The notes beneath the pieces are model-generated. The model had not been told where the DNA came from and did not search any database. It saw nothing but the letters and a program-made list of their open reading frames with translations. 35,941 nt of DNA from Octopus bimaculoides (lineage: Eukaryota): positions 87,475,039 through 87,510,979 of the forward strand of contig NC_068984.1 of assembly GCF_001194135.2 (NCBI RefSeq), written 5' to 3'. Numbering within the stretch: the first letter of the stretch is position 1; each line of letters starts with the position of its first letter. The position numbers were made by a program, and so were the translations under genes. Below, in pieces: positions 1 through 12,095 of the stretch.

Positions 1-4
1 CCTA

Positions 5-268
5 CTAGCTTAAAAGCACGCCCCACTATTGTTGGGCTTCGGGCCCAACAATGACATTTCATGCATTGAATACATATTAAATTTTATTATACTTGGACAA
101 TATTTTTCAAGCAATGAACAATTCTCATTAAAGCAATGATGTAATTTGTTGACTTGGAACTTATTGCAAAGCTGAATGATAGACAACATTTTTTGTCTTC
201 CCATTCGGGGTCAGTACAAATAGCTTGTTTCCATTCCCTACCCTTGAACAACCAACATATAACTGCCT
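5..268 (-). mobile_element. Helitron 3' end: C-terminal RepHel (PIF1-like helicase) coding remnant, subterminal hairpin and CTAG terminus
   Basis: Minus-strand 265->161 translates to QLYVGCSRVGNGNKLFVLTPNGKTKNVVYHSALQ*, matching the Helitron helicase C-terminal pattern (H)GQLYVA.SRV...LFVL...GKTKN.VY..AL. A perfect 10-bp hairpin lies at 28-37/43-52, and the minus strand ends ...GCTAG (8->5) followed by T, the canonical CTAG|T junction. Confidence 0.85.
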
Positions 269-994
269 GTAGGCAACAATAAACTTACCTTTTGAAAGTT
301 CAATTATAATTCTTCTGCCTTAATTTAAAGACAATTTGATGTACGTTGGGACTTACTTTTCATGCAAACAATTATTTGTAGTAGCTGGTACTCTAAACTC
401 CTGTTTGTAGTTTGAAGGAAAATTACAACACTGTCACTAAACATTATTTGAAAGTGCGATTTTTATGGTTTGGAATTGCTCTAAACGTATTTGACCACAA
501 AGATGTTTGAAATTTAGAATTTTTTAAGGTAATAATAAAATTAGTCGAATCTATTTTCATGCAGTTGGAGTGCACTAAGTTTCCACAGCTCTGACAGCAT
601 GAAAATAGGTCAGACAAATTTTATTAACATCTGAAAAAATACTAAGTTTCCAGCATTTTTGTGGTAGAGAGTTATGAGAGGAAATATTGTATTCAATATG
701 TATTTCAGTTCCAAACATTATGAAGCACGTGTTATGGTTAAATTACTTGATACAGTTATAATATTTAGAGAAAGATGTTTTTCAAAATGTTAGGATTAAA
801 AAAGAAAAAAAAAATGAAGAACAAAGAATAGTAGAAGAGTCATTGAATAGTGAGAAGGGTAAAGCATGAGGTATAGTAGAAGTATCATTGAATAGTGAGA
901 AAGGGGGTTGGAGAAGCAAAATTGAAAAAGTGTGACACACTGATAGTCACTTTCGCATTTATTTTATATATAAATATATATATATATAATCACT

Positions 995-1348
995 GATGTG
1001 GCTGTGTGGTAAGAAACTTGTTTTCTAACCACATGATTCCGGATTGAGCCTCACTATGTGGTTCTTTGAGCAAATGTTTCTACTATAGCCTTGGGCTGAC
1101 CAAACATTGCGAGTGGATTTTGTAGATGGAAACTAAAAGAAACCCACTGTATATTTATATAAATCTGTGTGTGTGTTTGTATCCATCACCATTTGACAAC
1201 CGATGTTGGCATGTTTACATCCCCACAACTTAGTGGTCCAGCAAAAGAAGCCAATAAGATAAGTACTGAGGTTGATTCATTCAACTGAAAGTTCTTCAAG
1301 GTATTGCCCCAGCTGGGCTGCAGTCTAATGATAAAGATAAAAGATAAA
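995..1348 (+). mobile_element. tRNA-derived SINE, family A (degenerate, near full length)
   Basis: A-box-like TGGCTGTGTGGT at ~999, CORE-like segment, TA/TG linker and 3' domain shared with the copies at 18717-19099, 21947-22313 and 33809-34215. Confidence 0.8.
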
Positions 1349-1363
1349 TATTACGTCAATTAG

Positions 1364-1560
1364 TGTCTGTTTTCCATGCTAGCATGGGTTGGGTGGTCTG
1401 ACAGGAGCTGGCAAGACCAAGAACCATACCAAGCTCCATTGTCTGTTTTTGTATGGTTTCTACAGCTGGATAGCCTTTCTAATACCAACCACTTTACAAA
1501 GTTCACTGGGTGCTTTTACATTGCACCAGCACCGGTGCTTTTTACATGGCACTACCATCG
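1364..1560 (-). mobile_element. RTE LINE 3'-UTR fragment
   Basis: Aligns by eye to 14716-15020 (TTTCCATGCT.GCATGGGTTGG...TTTCTACAGCTGGAT...ACCAACCACT). Confidence 0.7.
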
Positions 1561-1673
1561 ACAGGTTCATCTTGCATGACAGAAGAAATATAGAAAAGGC
1601 AAAAATCCTTCAACTAGGAGCTGGGGGAGTAGTATTGAGTGTGGGTGACTTTGGGCTAGTTGAGAGAATAAAG

Positions 1674-1842
1674 NNNNNNNNNNNNNNNNNNNNNNNNNNN
1701 NNNNNNNNNNNNNNNNNNNNNNNNNNNNNNNNNNNNNNNNNNNNNNNNNNNNNNNNNNNNNNNNNNNNNNNNNNNNNNNNNNNNNNNNNNNNNNNNNNNN
1801 NNNNNNNNNNNNNNNNNNNNNNNNNNNNNNNNNNNNNNNNNN
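1674..1842. other. assembly gap (N run)
   Basis: Run of N. Confidence 1.
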
Positions 1843-2391
1843 AAAAAAAAAAAAAAAGAAAGAAAAGAAAAGAAATGGGACATAATAGATTTCAAGGAGA
1901 GGATTGTGAAAGTGTTGGTGTTTATGCTCAGGTTGGCCATGAAAGAGCAGACTTATGATGAAAAGCTGTTCAGCCATGATTGTACTGTCTTTTTGGGGTC
2001 CATACCTAGACAAGTGTGCTTTCCCTACTCTGATTAGTTTCTGCATAACTTTCAGAAAAATGAATATTTTTGTTTTGAAATTTCCTATAAATACTTGTTA
2101 GATAATATAGATTATGGTTATATTGGAATTTAGTGCGTTAAAAAAAAAAAAAAAATGGTGGACGTGCACACACACACTTAACAAAATGAAACTTGAAATT
2201 TTGAAAATATTATGCCATGTATGTCAGTATGTGTGTATACGCCTACCTTTTTTTCTTCACATTAAATTCCGATATAATCCTCAACTACACTATCTCTGAG
2301 ATAAAATTTCATTAAAAAAAAAATCTATTTAACTGGAAGTTACGAGGAAACAAAGTCGGGGGAGGGGCACACTTATGTAGATTTCTTTTAC

Positions 2392-2752
2392 TTTTACTTG
2401 CTTGTCAATTGATTGCGGCCATGCTGGAGCACCGCCTTGAAGCGTTTTTGTCGAACAATTCGACCCCAGGACTGATTTTAAAGCCTAGTACTTATTCTAT
2501 CGGTCCCTTTGACGAATCATTAAATTACGGGCACATAAACACACCAACACCGAGTGTCAAGCGATGATGGGAGGACAAACACACACATACAAGGCCGTCT
2601 TTCAGTTTCCGTCTACCAAACCCACTCACATGGGTTTAGTCGGTCCGAGGCTATAGTAGAAGACACTCGCCCAAAGTGTCACACAGCGGGAGTGATCCCA
2701 GAACCTTGTGGCTGGGAAGCAAGCTTCTTACCATACAGCTACGCCTGCACCT
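2392..2752 (-). mobile_element. tRNA-derived SINE, family A (near full length)
   Basis: Reverse-complement match to family A throughout (GCGGCCATGCTGGAGCACCGCC...TTTCAGTTTCCGTCTACCAAA...GGCTATAGTAGAAGACAC). Confidence 0.85.
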
Positions 2753-3699
2753 ATATGTATTTCTATTTTTCTCTTGACTACGTTATCCAATGTATCTTTT
2801 TATTTTCAAGTCAGTAGGGTGTGACAAGTTGTGAACGAAATTATCGAATGGTACTGGTTTTCAGCGGGACAATTACTGGTTCACCGCATTAGCAAAGGCG
2901 GTAATGTCTAATCCAATGAAAAATCTCAAGGAACTTCCTTCATAAAGCAACGGTTTTTCGCCGATGCACACACACGACCGGCTTTTGCAAACTGTCTGTT
3001 TACTCAAATTCCACTTAAAATATATAAGGTCACCTGGAGACACATGCTTAAGGCGACGCACCGTGCGATCGTGCTTAGCGTTTGTCTAGCATCTATGCAG
3101 GTGCTTCTCAGGTTGCTTTGGCTATTTTCATATTTTGCTAGTACCTGCTCTTTCAAATGTTCATATGCTACATCGTTGTTACATGATGTCCACTGCAAAT
3201 GTATTCTGAAGGATTTAAGATTGGAAGATTCATAAAAAATTAAATAATAATTACTGTTTAAAGTATTTTTTTCTGTGTTCGCATTTCCATTTATATAAAC
3301 ACCATATTAGTACTTAATTGCCAGAAAGTTTATTTAATAACCTTTATAGGTTAACTATTTTAACTTGAGCCTGTTTCAGGGCACTGTGGATAAGTAACGG
3401 TATTCAAGGGCAGGTAATAAGCGTAGTACTATAGCATAGTAGCAGGACAATTAGAGAAATACAGCTGTTGTAGGAGACTGGTTGTGTATAGCCATACTGC
3501 AGCACTTCGATAAGAAGTCAAAACTTCAACATTGTTTAAAAGGAGCAAATGTTTTACAGAAAATCTATCAATATTTAAACATATTCCTTCCTCTTTCCCT
3601 TTCCCTCATCTGTTTACTTTCCATTAAAATCCACTTTTTCGTCTATTATCAAGATGCATTATAGATCAATGCTAGTATTTGACTGTCACTTTATAATTT

Positions 3700-6085
3700 A
3701 CCGGTTCCCGGGAAGATTAAATGAAAAGATAACCTCAGTTGTACAGTAACTCTTAATGTAAACGGCCGTAACTGAAATACTGCAAAGTAATTTGTTCGAA
3801 GCTCGAACGAATTTGCCAGAGAAATAGTATACTAGGGAAATATAGAAAAATTAATGAAATTCACTGTACAAGAGTAATTTTTTAAGTCTTAAAATTCGGG
3901 AGATCCTAGAAGATAACGTTGCTTTCACTTTCGTAAAATAAGTTTTTTTCTGGTGGTTTTCCATCAGTATTTTACGAACATTTTTTTTGCTGGAGTTTTC
4001 CGCGGGTTTTATCTTCCATTTCGTCTAGTTGTGTTTTATAATTGCATATCTATTTCATGATCTTGCTGTTCCATAATATAGATGTACTTTTGCTATAAAT
4101 TACACATATAAACTCGGTGTTGGTCGAGCAAAAACTTATCCTTGCTATACGAGAAAAATTTCCTTCGTTTTAAATTATAATCCCTACAAAATTATTTTCG
4201 TTTCTTTAAAAATTCTTAGAAATAGAACATTATCAGTATTATCGTTATATTTCATCCGAGAGATGAAAGGAGAGCTAAAGTTAGTAAAAGTGAAAATGTT
4301 ACCTCAAGATCGACTTCATTCAAACAACGAAGTACGTTTGTATTTTGGTAACCGGAATTATAAATCTGTTGTTATAACAACCGAAGAATCAGCAGGTTCC
4401 GGAAGTTTGAGGAAAAGTGTGAAGGAAAGTGTGAAACGCCGAATATGTACGGCAAATTGTTCATCACATAACAGAGAAGTGTCTGCTATTATTTTGGCTG
4501 ATAAAGATGTCTTTACATCAAACTGGTGATACTTGAATAGGTACGGAAAACTCATCGCATGTCATTTTAGTTTAAAAGAACTTAGTACTATGTAACATAC
4601 ACATTTATTTGAGATCAGAAAAGTTGGATCTATGTTTGCTTACTAATTACATTTTAATTTCTCGTTTTTCATTATATATATATATAAATTAACTTGATAA
4701 TTGTTTATTATTTATTTGCCATTATCCTCCCCTCTCTTGTTTATATATTTACGTGTACAATATTGAAAACAAAGTCCTTGCATGCCGAATTATCTCTTAT
4801 TAATTTGATATTTTGGCGTGAGTTTTCTTTTCCCGCTTTCTATAATTAATTTTATTCTGATTTCATTTTGATTATAATCACATTAAGCATTTCAGTTTGT
4901 TGTAGATTTAAATATACGAATTATGATTTTCTTATTTTAAAAAATGTCGTCTTGTAATTATAAATTATAAGAGATAATTGACTTTAATCCTTGTAACCCT
5001 CTTATCAATTTCGCTTAATAATAATAATAATATTAATAATAATCAGTTTTGAGATAGCTCATTGAAATATTTAAGAAAAAGCCGCAGTAGAATAATAGAA
5101 TTTCGAAATTATTTATGCCCGAATTTTAATATGCAATGTATTTTTGAAGCTGATACTGAAAATATAATAAGAATTTATCCTAAGTTCGTTGTGCCCTATC
5201 CCAACATTCAAGCCTTGCATAATTACGTACCTTTTTGCTGCAGTTATTTATAGCTGTATATGTTTTCACTTGGACCAAAGAACATTCTGTTGGAAGAATG
5301 CATAAAGATACTGGTTTGGTTAGTTGGTATATCTGCTTTTGTTTCATGCCAGTTTTGGAATTGACCTTAAACTTTGAATCCGTTGACCGTAACTGTTATA
5401 ATAATAGTTACCAATAAACAACAGTGTAAATTTTTGTCATATTATGATTGCGCCTGTGTGTAATATATAACCGCCCCACACGCATACACTCACAAACCCA
5501 TATTAAAAATACTTATGTACAAATGTAGTGTATAATTTGTGTCTATACTTTTCGCTTACTGGTAAATTACCGTTTAGCTGAGTCCACAGTCTGGTTCCGA
5601 TCCTAGGCTGAAACCAAATTACACTGCTAAAGTTTCGCTAAAAAATATGACCGTCTCAGAATCTCATTCTTTTTTATTGCATAATTGATGTCTTGTGCCC
5701 CTCCCACAAGTTTGTCCTGATCGACAGAGATAAGATCAAAGTGTTTTGTATATCTAAGACTATGATGCAGAATACTCTTGCAAAATTATGAAAGTAATGT
5801 GTATTCTATTCGGAAAACGTTTGTTTTGTAACCCTTTTTGTATATGCTCAAATTTGTGCCAACCAGGAGCGTGGCGTGGGGAGTGCGGACCTTACAGAGT
5901 GACTGCATTATGTACGTTGTTTGCTGTAGTCGAAGTATGTTACGTTTAAGTAAGGGAGCGGCCAAAACCAGCGTTATACAATTGATACTAATATGAACTG
6001 ATTCCCGGCTTCGTTATACTGAAACGTATCCTTAGTTGTACCCTCTCTGCAATCACAGATTAGACTTCCGCTCTCTTAAGTATGT
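3700..6085. promoter_or_regulatory. CpG-retaining, SINE-free region; candidate promoter/first-exon region of PGAP3
   Basis: Visibly more CG dinucleotides than the downstream intronic DNA. ETS-like ACTTCCG at 6064-6070 is followed by a donor-like AA|GTATGT at 6080. No transcript evidence. Confidence 0.3.
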
Positions 6086-6358
6086 AAATTAAATTCAAAA
6101 GAGAATCTCTGATAATTTCCGCTAGGTTTTTGTTTTCTTTTTCTAAACAACAGTGAATTTTCAGCTATTATTTTTGCATACGCCATTCAGTTGATCTTCC
6201 TTTATCTTATCCAAATTCAGATTACTGGTACGTTTGAATAATTGTTTTTAGCTCATTTTAATTTTCAAATATACCAATTTTAGTGGCTAAAAATTATTCA
6301 CAATTTTCCCCTCATATGTTTAAAAATGTCAGCTGGTCAATGCAAGTTTGGTTAGACT

Positions 6359-6403
6359 ATAACACACTGATGAGATCTAATAGACAGAAACGTGCATAGT
6401 TAT
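6359..6403 (+). ncRNA. degenerate type I hammerhead-like motif
   Basis: CTGATGA (6367-6373), TCT-aat-AGA hairpin, GAAA (6387-6390), CGTGCATA; ATAAC/GTTAT could form stem I but is offset by 3 nt. Confidence 0.35.
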
Positions 6404-6844
6404 CTCTTGTAGACAAAGATCACGCGTTCCTTATAAACATATAAATTAACTTTAAGGGATTAATTCTTAATTTCTTGAAATTATCTCCCCTTTTCTTTAA
6501 TACAAACAACTCCTGCTAGGTTTTCTTTGTCTTGTTTTTGTTTTTTAATTAATGGGGAAATTTCAATTAATTATAATCTCCCTATGTTCAGCATTCAGGA
6601 TGTCACTGTATAACTGTTTCAGTTTCTGAATATTTGAAATATTGTTTGAATTTCATTAGGATGAATATGTAATTAGAAAAGAAAACATATCTGTTTACCT
6701 GGTTATTAAGATAAATCATAAGACATCAAAATACTTGTTTAAATTTTAAAACAACTGCTGCTTCAATTTTTGTAAGGATGAAATTATCATTCTACATGCA
6801 GCCAGCATCTATTTGACTTATTGTCATCATATAGGTGCATGCAT

Positions 6845-7200
6845 GTCTGTGTTAAGTTTGTCTCTCAACCATATGGCTTCAGGTTAATTCCACTGCATGG
6901 CACCTTGGGTGAATGTCTTCTTGTATAGCCGTGAATGGATTTGGTAGATGGAAACTGAAAGAAGCATATTGCACACACACTCACATATAAAATGTGTGTG
7001 TTTGTGTCTGTCCCCACATTGCTTGACAATTGGTGTTGGTTTGTTTACATCTCTGCAATTAAATGTTCCAGCAAAAGAGGCCAATAGAATCAGCACCAAA
7101 CTTTAAAAATGAGTACTAGAGTCAGTTTGTTTGACTAAAACCATTCAAGGTGATGTCCCAGTATGGTCGCGATCAATGAAGTGAATCAAGTAAAATATAA
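6845..7200 (+). mobile_element. SINE family A, degenerate
   Basis: GGCACCTTGGG...GGATTTGGTAGATGGAAACTGAAAGAAGC...GCTTGACAA motifs of family A. Confidence 0.75.
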
Positions 7201-7242
7201 AAGTTTTCAATTGAAAATGTTGTGAAAATAGTTAAAGAGTAC

Positions 7243-7445
7243 AGGTGGTTTGCTAGCAGAATTGTTAGCATGCTGGACAAAATGCTTAGCGGCATTTCGT
7301 CTTTACTTTCTGAGTTAAAATTCTGTCATGGTTGATTTTGCCTTTCATCCTAACAAGTATCAGTTCAGTACTACTGGGGTTGATGTAATTGATTAGTACC
7401 TCACCCCAAATTTTGTATCTTGTATCTATAGTAGAAAGAATTATT
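7243..7445 (+). mobile_element. second SINE family (C)
   Basis: GCAGAATTGTTAGCATGCTGGACAAAATGCTTAGCGGCATTTCGTC...; similar copies at 20547, 23355 and 23587. Confidence 0.75.
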
Positions 7446-8199
7446 TTGCTCAGGTATTCTGTAATAGAATCTTACTTTAAATTTGTACTAAGACAGTAGA
7501 ATGGGATGTATGGCTGATTTTGCTGCCATTTCTAGCAGGTTCAGCAATCAACTAGAGGTTACTTGAAATATAACTTTCTAAAATTGAGATGTTTATGATT
7601 CAAATTAAACATCAGCATCTCAATCCTGCTGTCACAAATACTAAATAGAATAAAAATGTAGAATAATATGTAGTGAAAGTTTTGGAATAGTTTTTGTAAA
7701 CAACTAAAGATAATTCTTCAAAATGTTAACTAAATGATTTTTGCATCTATTTTTTTTTATGCTGGCATCACTTGAATGAGTTTAAATAACATTCTCTTTC
7801 CAACTGAATATATTACTTTTAAATTATAAATAACACACTAATTCTATTGCTCTTGTCTTTTTTGTAATCTGCCTTCACACACATCTTTACTATTTTTGCT
7901 TTTCTATTTATATCTCAAAAAAAAAAAGAGAGAGAAAAAAAAAAGAAAAGTGTATTATATGAAATAAATTCTTATTGAAATCGATGACTAAGTGAGGGTG
8001 TAAATAACAGAACCTTAGTATAGTGATTGGCAAAATTATGGCTACTATAATCACTGCATGTGCTCATGATACGTAAATGGATATAGATGTCTCCACCTTC
8101 ATAACTGGAGATTTTCAAGGTCATATCTAGAAACTTCATAATAAATATACTGATGTGCAATGAGGCTATGACATAAATAAATGAGTGAGGAATTCTTTG

Positions 8200-8560
8200 C
8201 AAGAGAAGTTCTCATTTGTAAACATACTTTTCAGAAAGTCAGCCAATTAGTTAACTAGCAATCAAGAAGGTCTGTTAGCAAAACTAAAAAAGGGCTCCTT
8301 TCACTAAAATATGTGGTCCAAGAATAGAGGCTTGAAAATGGGGACTGAGCCAAAAATTAAAAATAAGAGGTGTAGAAAGAATAACTTATTTTAATAGAGT
8401 TAAAAACTGAGACCTGTAGCATTGAACATACATAGCTGGCTATTTCTAAGGGACCAATTCCTGTAAACCATTGACCAATTATGTCACTAGAGTAAGGACC
8501 AAGCTTGGAACTAATTGCATCAGCCTTAACAAAAAACAAGACCTCCAGCTGTCTCTAACT
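8200..8560 (-). mobile_element. highly degenerate non-LTR retrotransposon reverse-transcriptase remnant (CR1/L2-like)
   Basis: Frameshifted minus-strand peptides VKADAISSKL, LRNSQLC, QASILGPHIL and PFLVLLTDLLDC occur in the order expected for KAFD...KL, FL..R.Q.V, QGSILGP.LF, INDLP. Confidence 0.4.
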
Positions 8561-9004
8561 ATTGCTCTGATTTTTGTTGCTTTGCACTCCTTCAAAGCCT
8601 GTCATCATTTATAGTCTTATCAACGCCATCAATCCAGTCAGAGGAGGAAGGGCAGCATACACATTACAGACCCTCCAAGACTATTGAAATCAGTGTAGTT
8701 GATGTTTAGTCTGAACTGCTGTATGTTGATATCTGCAGGAGAATCATGAATGGAGAAGGGATTCCAGAAGGTTGATTGAGTAAAGTGTTTAATGTGAGAT
8801 CTGGCGGTGTAACACACAAGTATAAGAAAAAAAAAAGTGGAGTAGCAAGTGTATTTGGGTGGAGAAGAGGTGGATGTTAGTTTAGAAGAGTAGAGCAGTT
8901 GTTTGGTTCAAAGTCTGTCTTGATCAAACTGACCTATGATCAAAAAAAGCATTTTAGACATCACTATTCTGTATATTACATATATATGTGCTGTCATAGC
9001 ACTG

Positions 9005-9350
9005 TTGTTAAGAAGTTCACTTAGTAAATGGTGAGACTAAAACCATATGGTTTTGGTCTTACTGTGTGGCACCTTGGTGAGTGTCTTCGTCATGGGCTGA
9101 CTAAGAGCTGGGGAGTAAAATCTGGTTGACAGGAACTTTATGGAAGCTGGTTATGTATGTGTGTCTTCGTATCTGACCTTCTTGTGACACTGCTTAAAAA
9201 CTGATGCACTTTGTTTATGGTTTGCAAGTTAGTGGTTTGGTGGTAAAATAAGTGTCAAACTTTAAAAAAGTTACTGTGGTCAATACAGTTAACTAAATCC
9301 TTCACTGTGGTGCTGCAGTATGGCCACAATCCAATGTCTGCAACAAGTAA
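9005..9350 (+). mobile_element. SINE family A, highly degenerate
   Basis: GTGGCACCTTGG...GTGTCTT and the 3' GTGGTGCTGCAGTATGGCCACA...CAAGTAAA motif. Confidence 0.55.
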
Positions 9351-9762
9351 ATGCACACACCCAGATGTAAATGCAGTAAAAGCACACACCCAAGATCACA
9401 TTATCTTGGGGATTTGGTTGCGTCTAGCCGGTTGAGGGGACCATATAGAAATTCTCTTGGCTTGAGTTTATGAATCAGTAGTTGTAGCATGTTGGTGAGT
9501 GAATCTTTGCTAACCCTTCTTTAGGTTGCACTCTAGGATATTTCAATGTTGGGCAGTTCTACAGGAGCTAATGAGTTGGAGGACTGCATTGAGTTCCAAT
9601 GATTTCCTAAAGCCAACAAACATCTTTACAGTGTACTGGTTTCTTTTTCTTTGTTTCAGTAGCAGTCTCTTAGATATGTTAGCAGTTCCCAGTTTGGTTT
9701 TCTTGAACTTTGTGGAGCTTATATGAGACCTACATATTATATATATATATATATATATATAT

Positions 9763-9891
9763 NNNNNNNNNNNNNNNNNNNNNNNNNNNNNNNNNNNNNN
9801 NNNNNNNNNNNNNNNNNNNNNNNNNNNNNNNNNNNNNNNNNNNNNNNNNNNNNNNNNNNNNNNNNNNNNNNNNNNNNNNNNNNNNNNNNNN
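9763..9891. other. assembly gap within a (TA)n tract
   Basis: N run flanked by TA repeats. Confidence 1.
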
Positions 9892-10635
9892 ATATAGGTT
9901 CAGAAGTTCACTTAACACACAAACCTTAACGATATCATTATGATTTCACTGTGAGCTACATTGAGCAAGTGTCTTCAGCTATCTTAGTCAGCTTGAGGTT
10001 GACTTAAGATTTTGTGAATGAAATTTAGTGGATGGGAACTGTATGAAAGCCAATTGTGTGTGTGTGTGTGTTTACAGTGCAACTGATCAACGTTAATGTA
10101 TTTTTTTGGCTTTGAAAGAAATCTTTTTCTTAGGGACAATAGTAACAACATCATATTTGTAAAGTTGTCTTGAAAGATTAGGGATTATGAGACCTAGCGC
10201 ACATTCTGCTATTCTTCCTTCCTCCCAAATCACAAGTCATGATTCCTGATTGAGAAGGGGTACCAAAAAATGAGATTTAGGAAGATGTGATTCTCCAAAC
10301 CATTGAATCCTGTTAAAATGTACTATACATGTGAGCATACATATGCATACATAAATATATATATTTACCCATGTGGACTATTTTCATACTAGATATTCCT
10401 TCAACATGAACGCAGCATGCAAAATACTTCCTGGATTTACCTGGGATTATACTTAAGGACCTATGCCTTCACAAAAGTACGGATCAACTTCCATATGCCT
10501 TGGAAGAAGATGAGCTGTGAACGTTATTCTCCTGTCTGTATTTTTCTATCTACTGTTTTACTCTTTATTCTTCTATCTACTATTTTATTCTTTAATAAAC
10601 TGTGAATTCCCTGTCTAGAACTTTCCTACATACCT

Positions 10636-10713
10636 TGTCTCTGATGACGGAATACCCAGTGTATGGAAATGCTAACCTATCACTTGGGATATCCCAGAAA
10701 TAGCTGTAAGAGA
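10636..10713 (+). ncRNA. type I hammerhead ribozyme motif (Penelope/retrozyme type) with long stem II
   Basis: TCT-CTGATGA (10641-10647), long imperfect stem II, GAAA (10697-10700), near-palindromic TAGCTG, GTA triplet (10706-10708), AGA pairing with the upstream TCT. Confidence 0.7.
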
Positions 10714-10799
10714 TCCAATAATTAATTAACTAATTAATTAATTAGTTTAAATTCACTGCTGTGGTTTTTGTTGTCCTTTTTCCTCTAATATATACATAT

Positions 10800-10935
10800 A
10801 TCATCTTAATCATTATCTTCATCATTTAATGCTTATCTTCCATGCTGTCATGGGTTGGTAGTTCAACAGGATCTAATGAGTCAGAGGACTGCCTTAAGTT
10901 CCAATGACTTCCTAATGCCAACATCTTTATAGAGT
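10800..10935 (-). mobile_element. RTE LINE 3' tail fragment
   Basis: TCATCATTTAATG...TTCCATGCTGTCATGGGTTGG, as at 14716-14765. Confidence 0.55.
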
Positions 10936-11029
10936 GTATGGTGGTGGTGGGGGCTTTTTTTTTGTGACACACAGTAGTAGTAAAGTTCATTGCTAAAGAA
11001 GAGATATATGACTACTCTGCATTATATAA

Positions 11030-11670
11030 GAGTGGAGCTGTAGAAAGGGAGATAAAGATAATGGGGAAGTGGTGTCAGGGTGTATCATCGAGGTGCAAGA
11101 AGTGAAGAGAGAGTGGGAACAAAAGACTAGGAAGGGTCGATGGAAAAAGGTTGCAAGAGTTGGGTGGAGAATGAGGGATGATTGGTGATGGGGGGGGGGT
11201 AAAGGTGAATGTAGTGGAGGGGTGGTTGATTGTAGATATGAGTTGGAAGAAGGTAGTAAGAGGGAGGGATCATATTAGTAGAAGTGGCTGAAGGGTGATG
11301 AGTGACAGTACAGAAAGGGTGAAGAGCAGTGAAATAATAAAATAATTCTAGATGAGGTAAGAATGAGAAATAGGGAGATGATGGGTGGAGGTGGGTTGGG
11401 TAAAATTTGTAAAAGTGAAGGGAGAGAAAGTGAGACATAGTGACATAATGATTGATTGAAGGAGGTCAGAAGTATGTAAGGGTGAATAGTGTGTGATGAA
11501 CAAAGGTCAAGGTGGTGGGTGGGTGCAGAGATGAGATGGTGTTAAGAATTAGACATGGGTGTCAATAGAATTTGTTTCAGTGACCAGATAACTCGAAAAT
11601 AAGAGTGCGGAGAGAGGAGGAGATGTCAAAAGGAAATAGTTGCAGGGAGAGGGGGAGGTGTCTGTTAGCA
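11030..11670. repeat. purine-rich (G/A) low-complexity tract
   Basis: Strong G+A strand bias; the only ORF is P/H/L/S/T-rich low complexity. Confidence 0.6.
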
Positions 11671-11774
11671 CAAGAAGGGATGAAATATGTAGTTCTGTTC
11701 TCACTTAATTACAGCAGTGGAATAATGCAACAGTTGGAAGAGTAATGGAGAGATGACAATCCTTTTAGGACTTC

Positions 11775-11980
11775 AGTTTTGCCATGATTAGCAGGTTTTA
11801 ACAGCATGTTGTCAATTGTTTCAATCATTTGTCATTGCTTCCATGAGGCTCAACATCCTGAGACCATCCTTCACGACATTGTCATACATCTTCCTGGGTC
11901 TCTGTCTCCTATAGGTTCCATCCAAATTTAGCAATCAGCACTTCTTTATACAGCTGCCCTCATCCATATGCACACATGCC
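11775..11980 (-). mobile_element. RTE LINE ORF C-terminal remnant
   Basis: Minus translation HMDEGSCIKKC*LLNLDGTYRRQRPRKMYDNVVKDGLRMLSLMEAMT fits the RTE C-terminal G.R.RGRPRK.W...V..D pattern and resembles 19141-19280. Confidence 0.7.
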
Positions 11981-12095
11981 TATACTAATTTTCTCCCATG
12001 CACACTACATCCAATTCCTCCTGTGTCCAGTTTTCTTCTCAACAGGTTTGTCATTCACGAACACTTACATTGCAAGTCATCTGCATTCAGTTCAC

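Noticed and set aside
10-204. 64-aa minus-strand ORF
   Set aside because: Wrong frame; the recognisable Helitron peptide is in a different frame (265->161).
4263-4555. Overlapping 88-aa (+) and 65-aa (-) ORFs in the CpG-retaining region
   Set aside because: No recognisable motif or convincing splice pairing; cannot be called coding without homology or RNA data.
11127-11670. 103-aa P/H-rich ORF and faint resemblance of 11440-11690 to a PLE reverse-transcriptase segment
   Set aside because: Low-complexity purine tract; diagnostic motifs (e.g. G..MG, YIDD) are absent.
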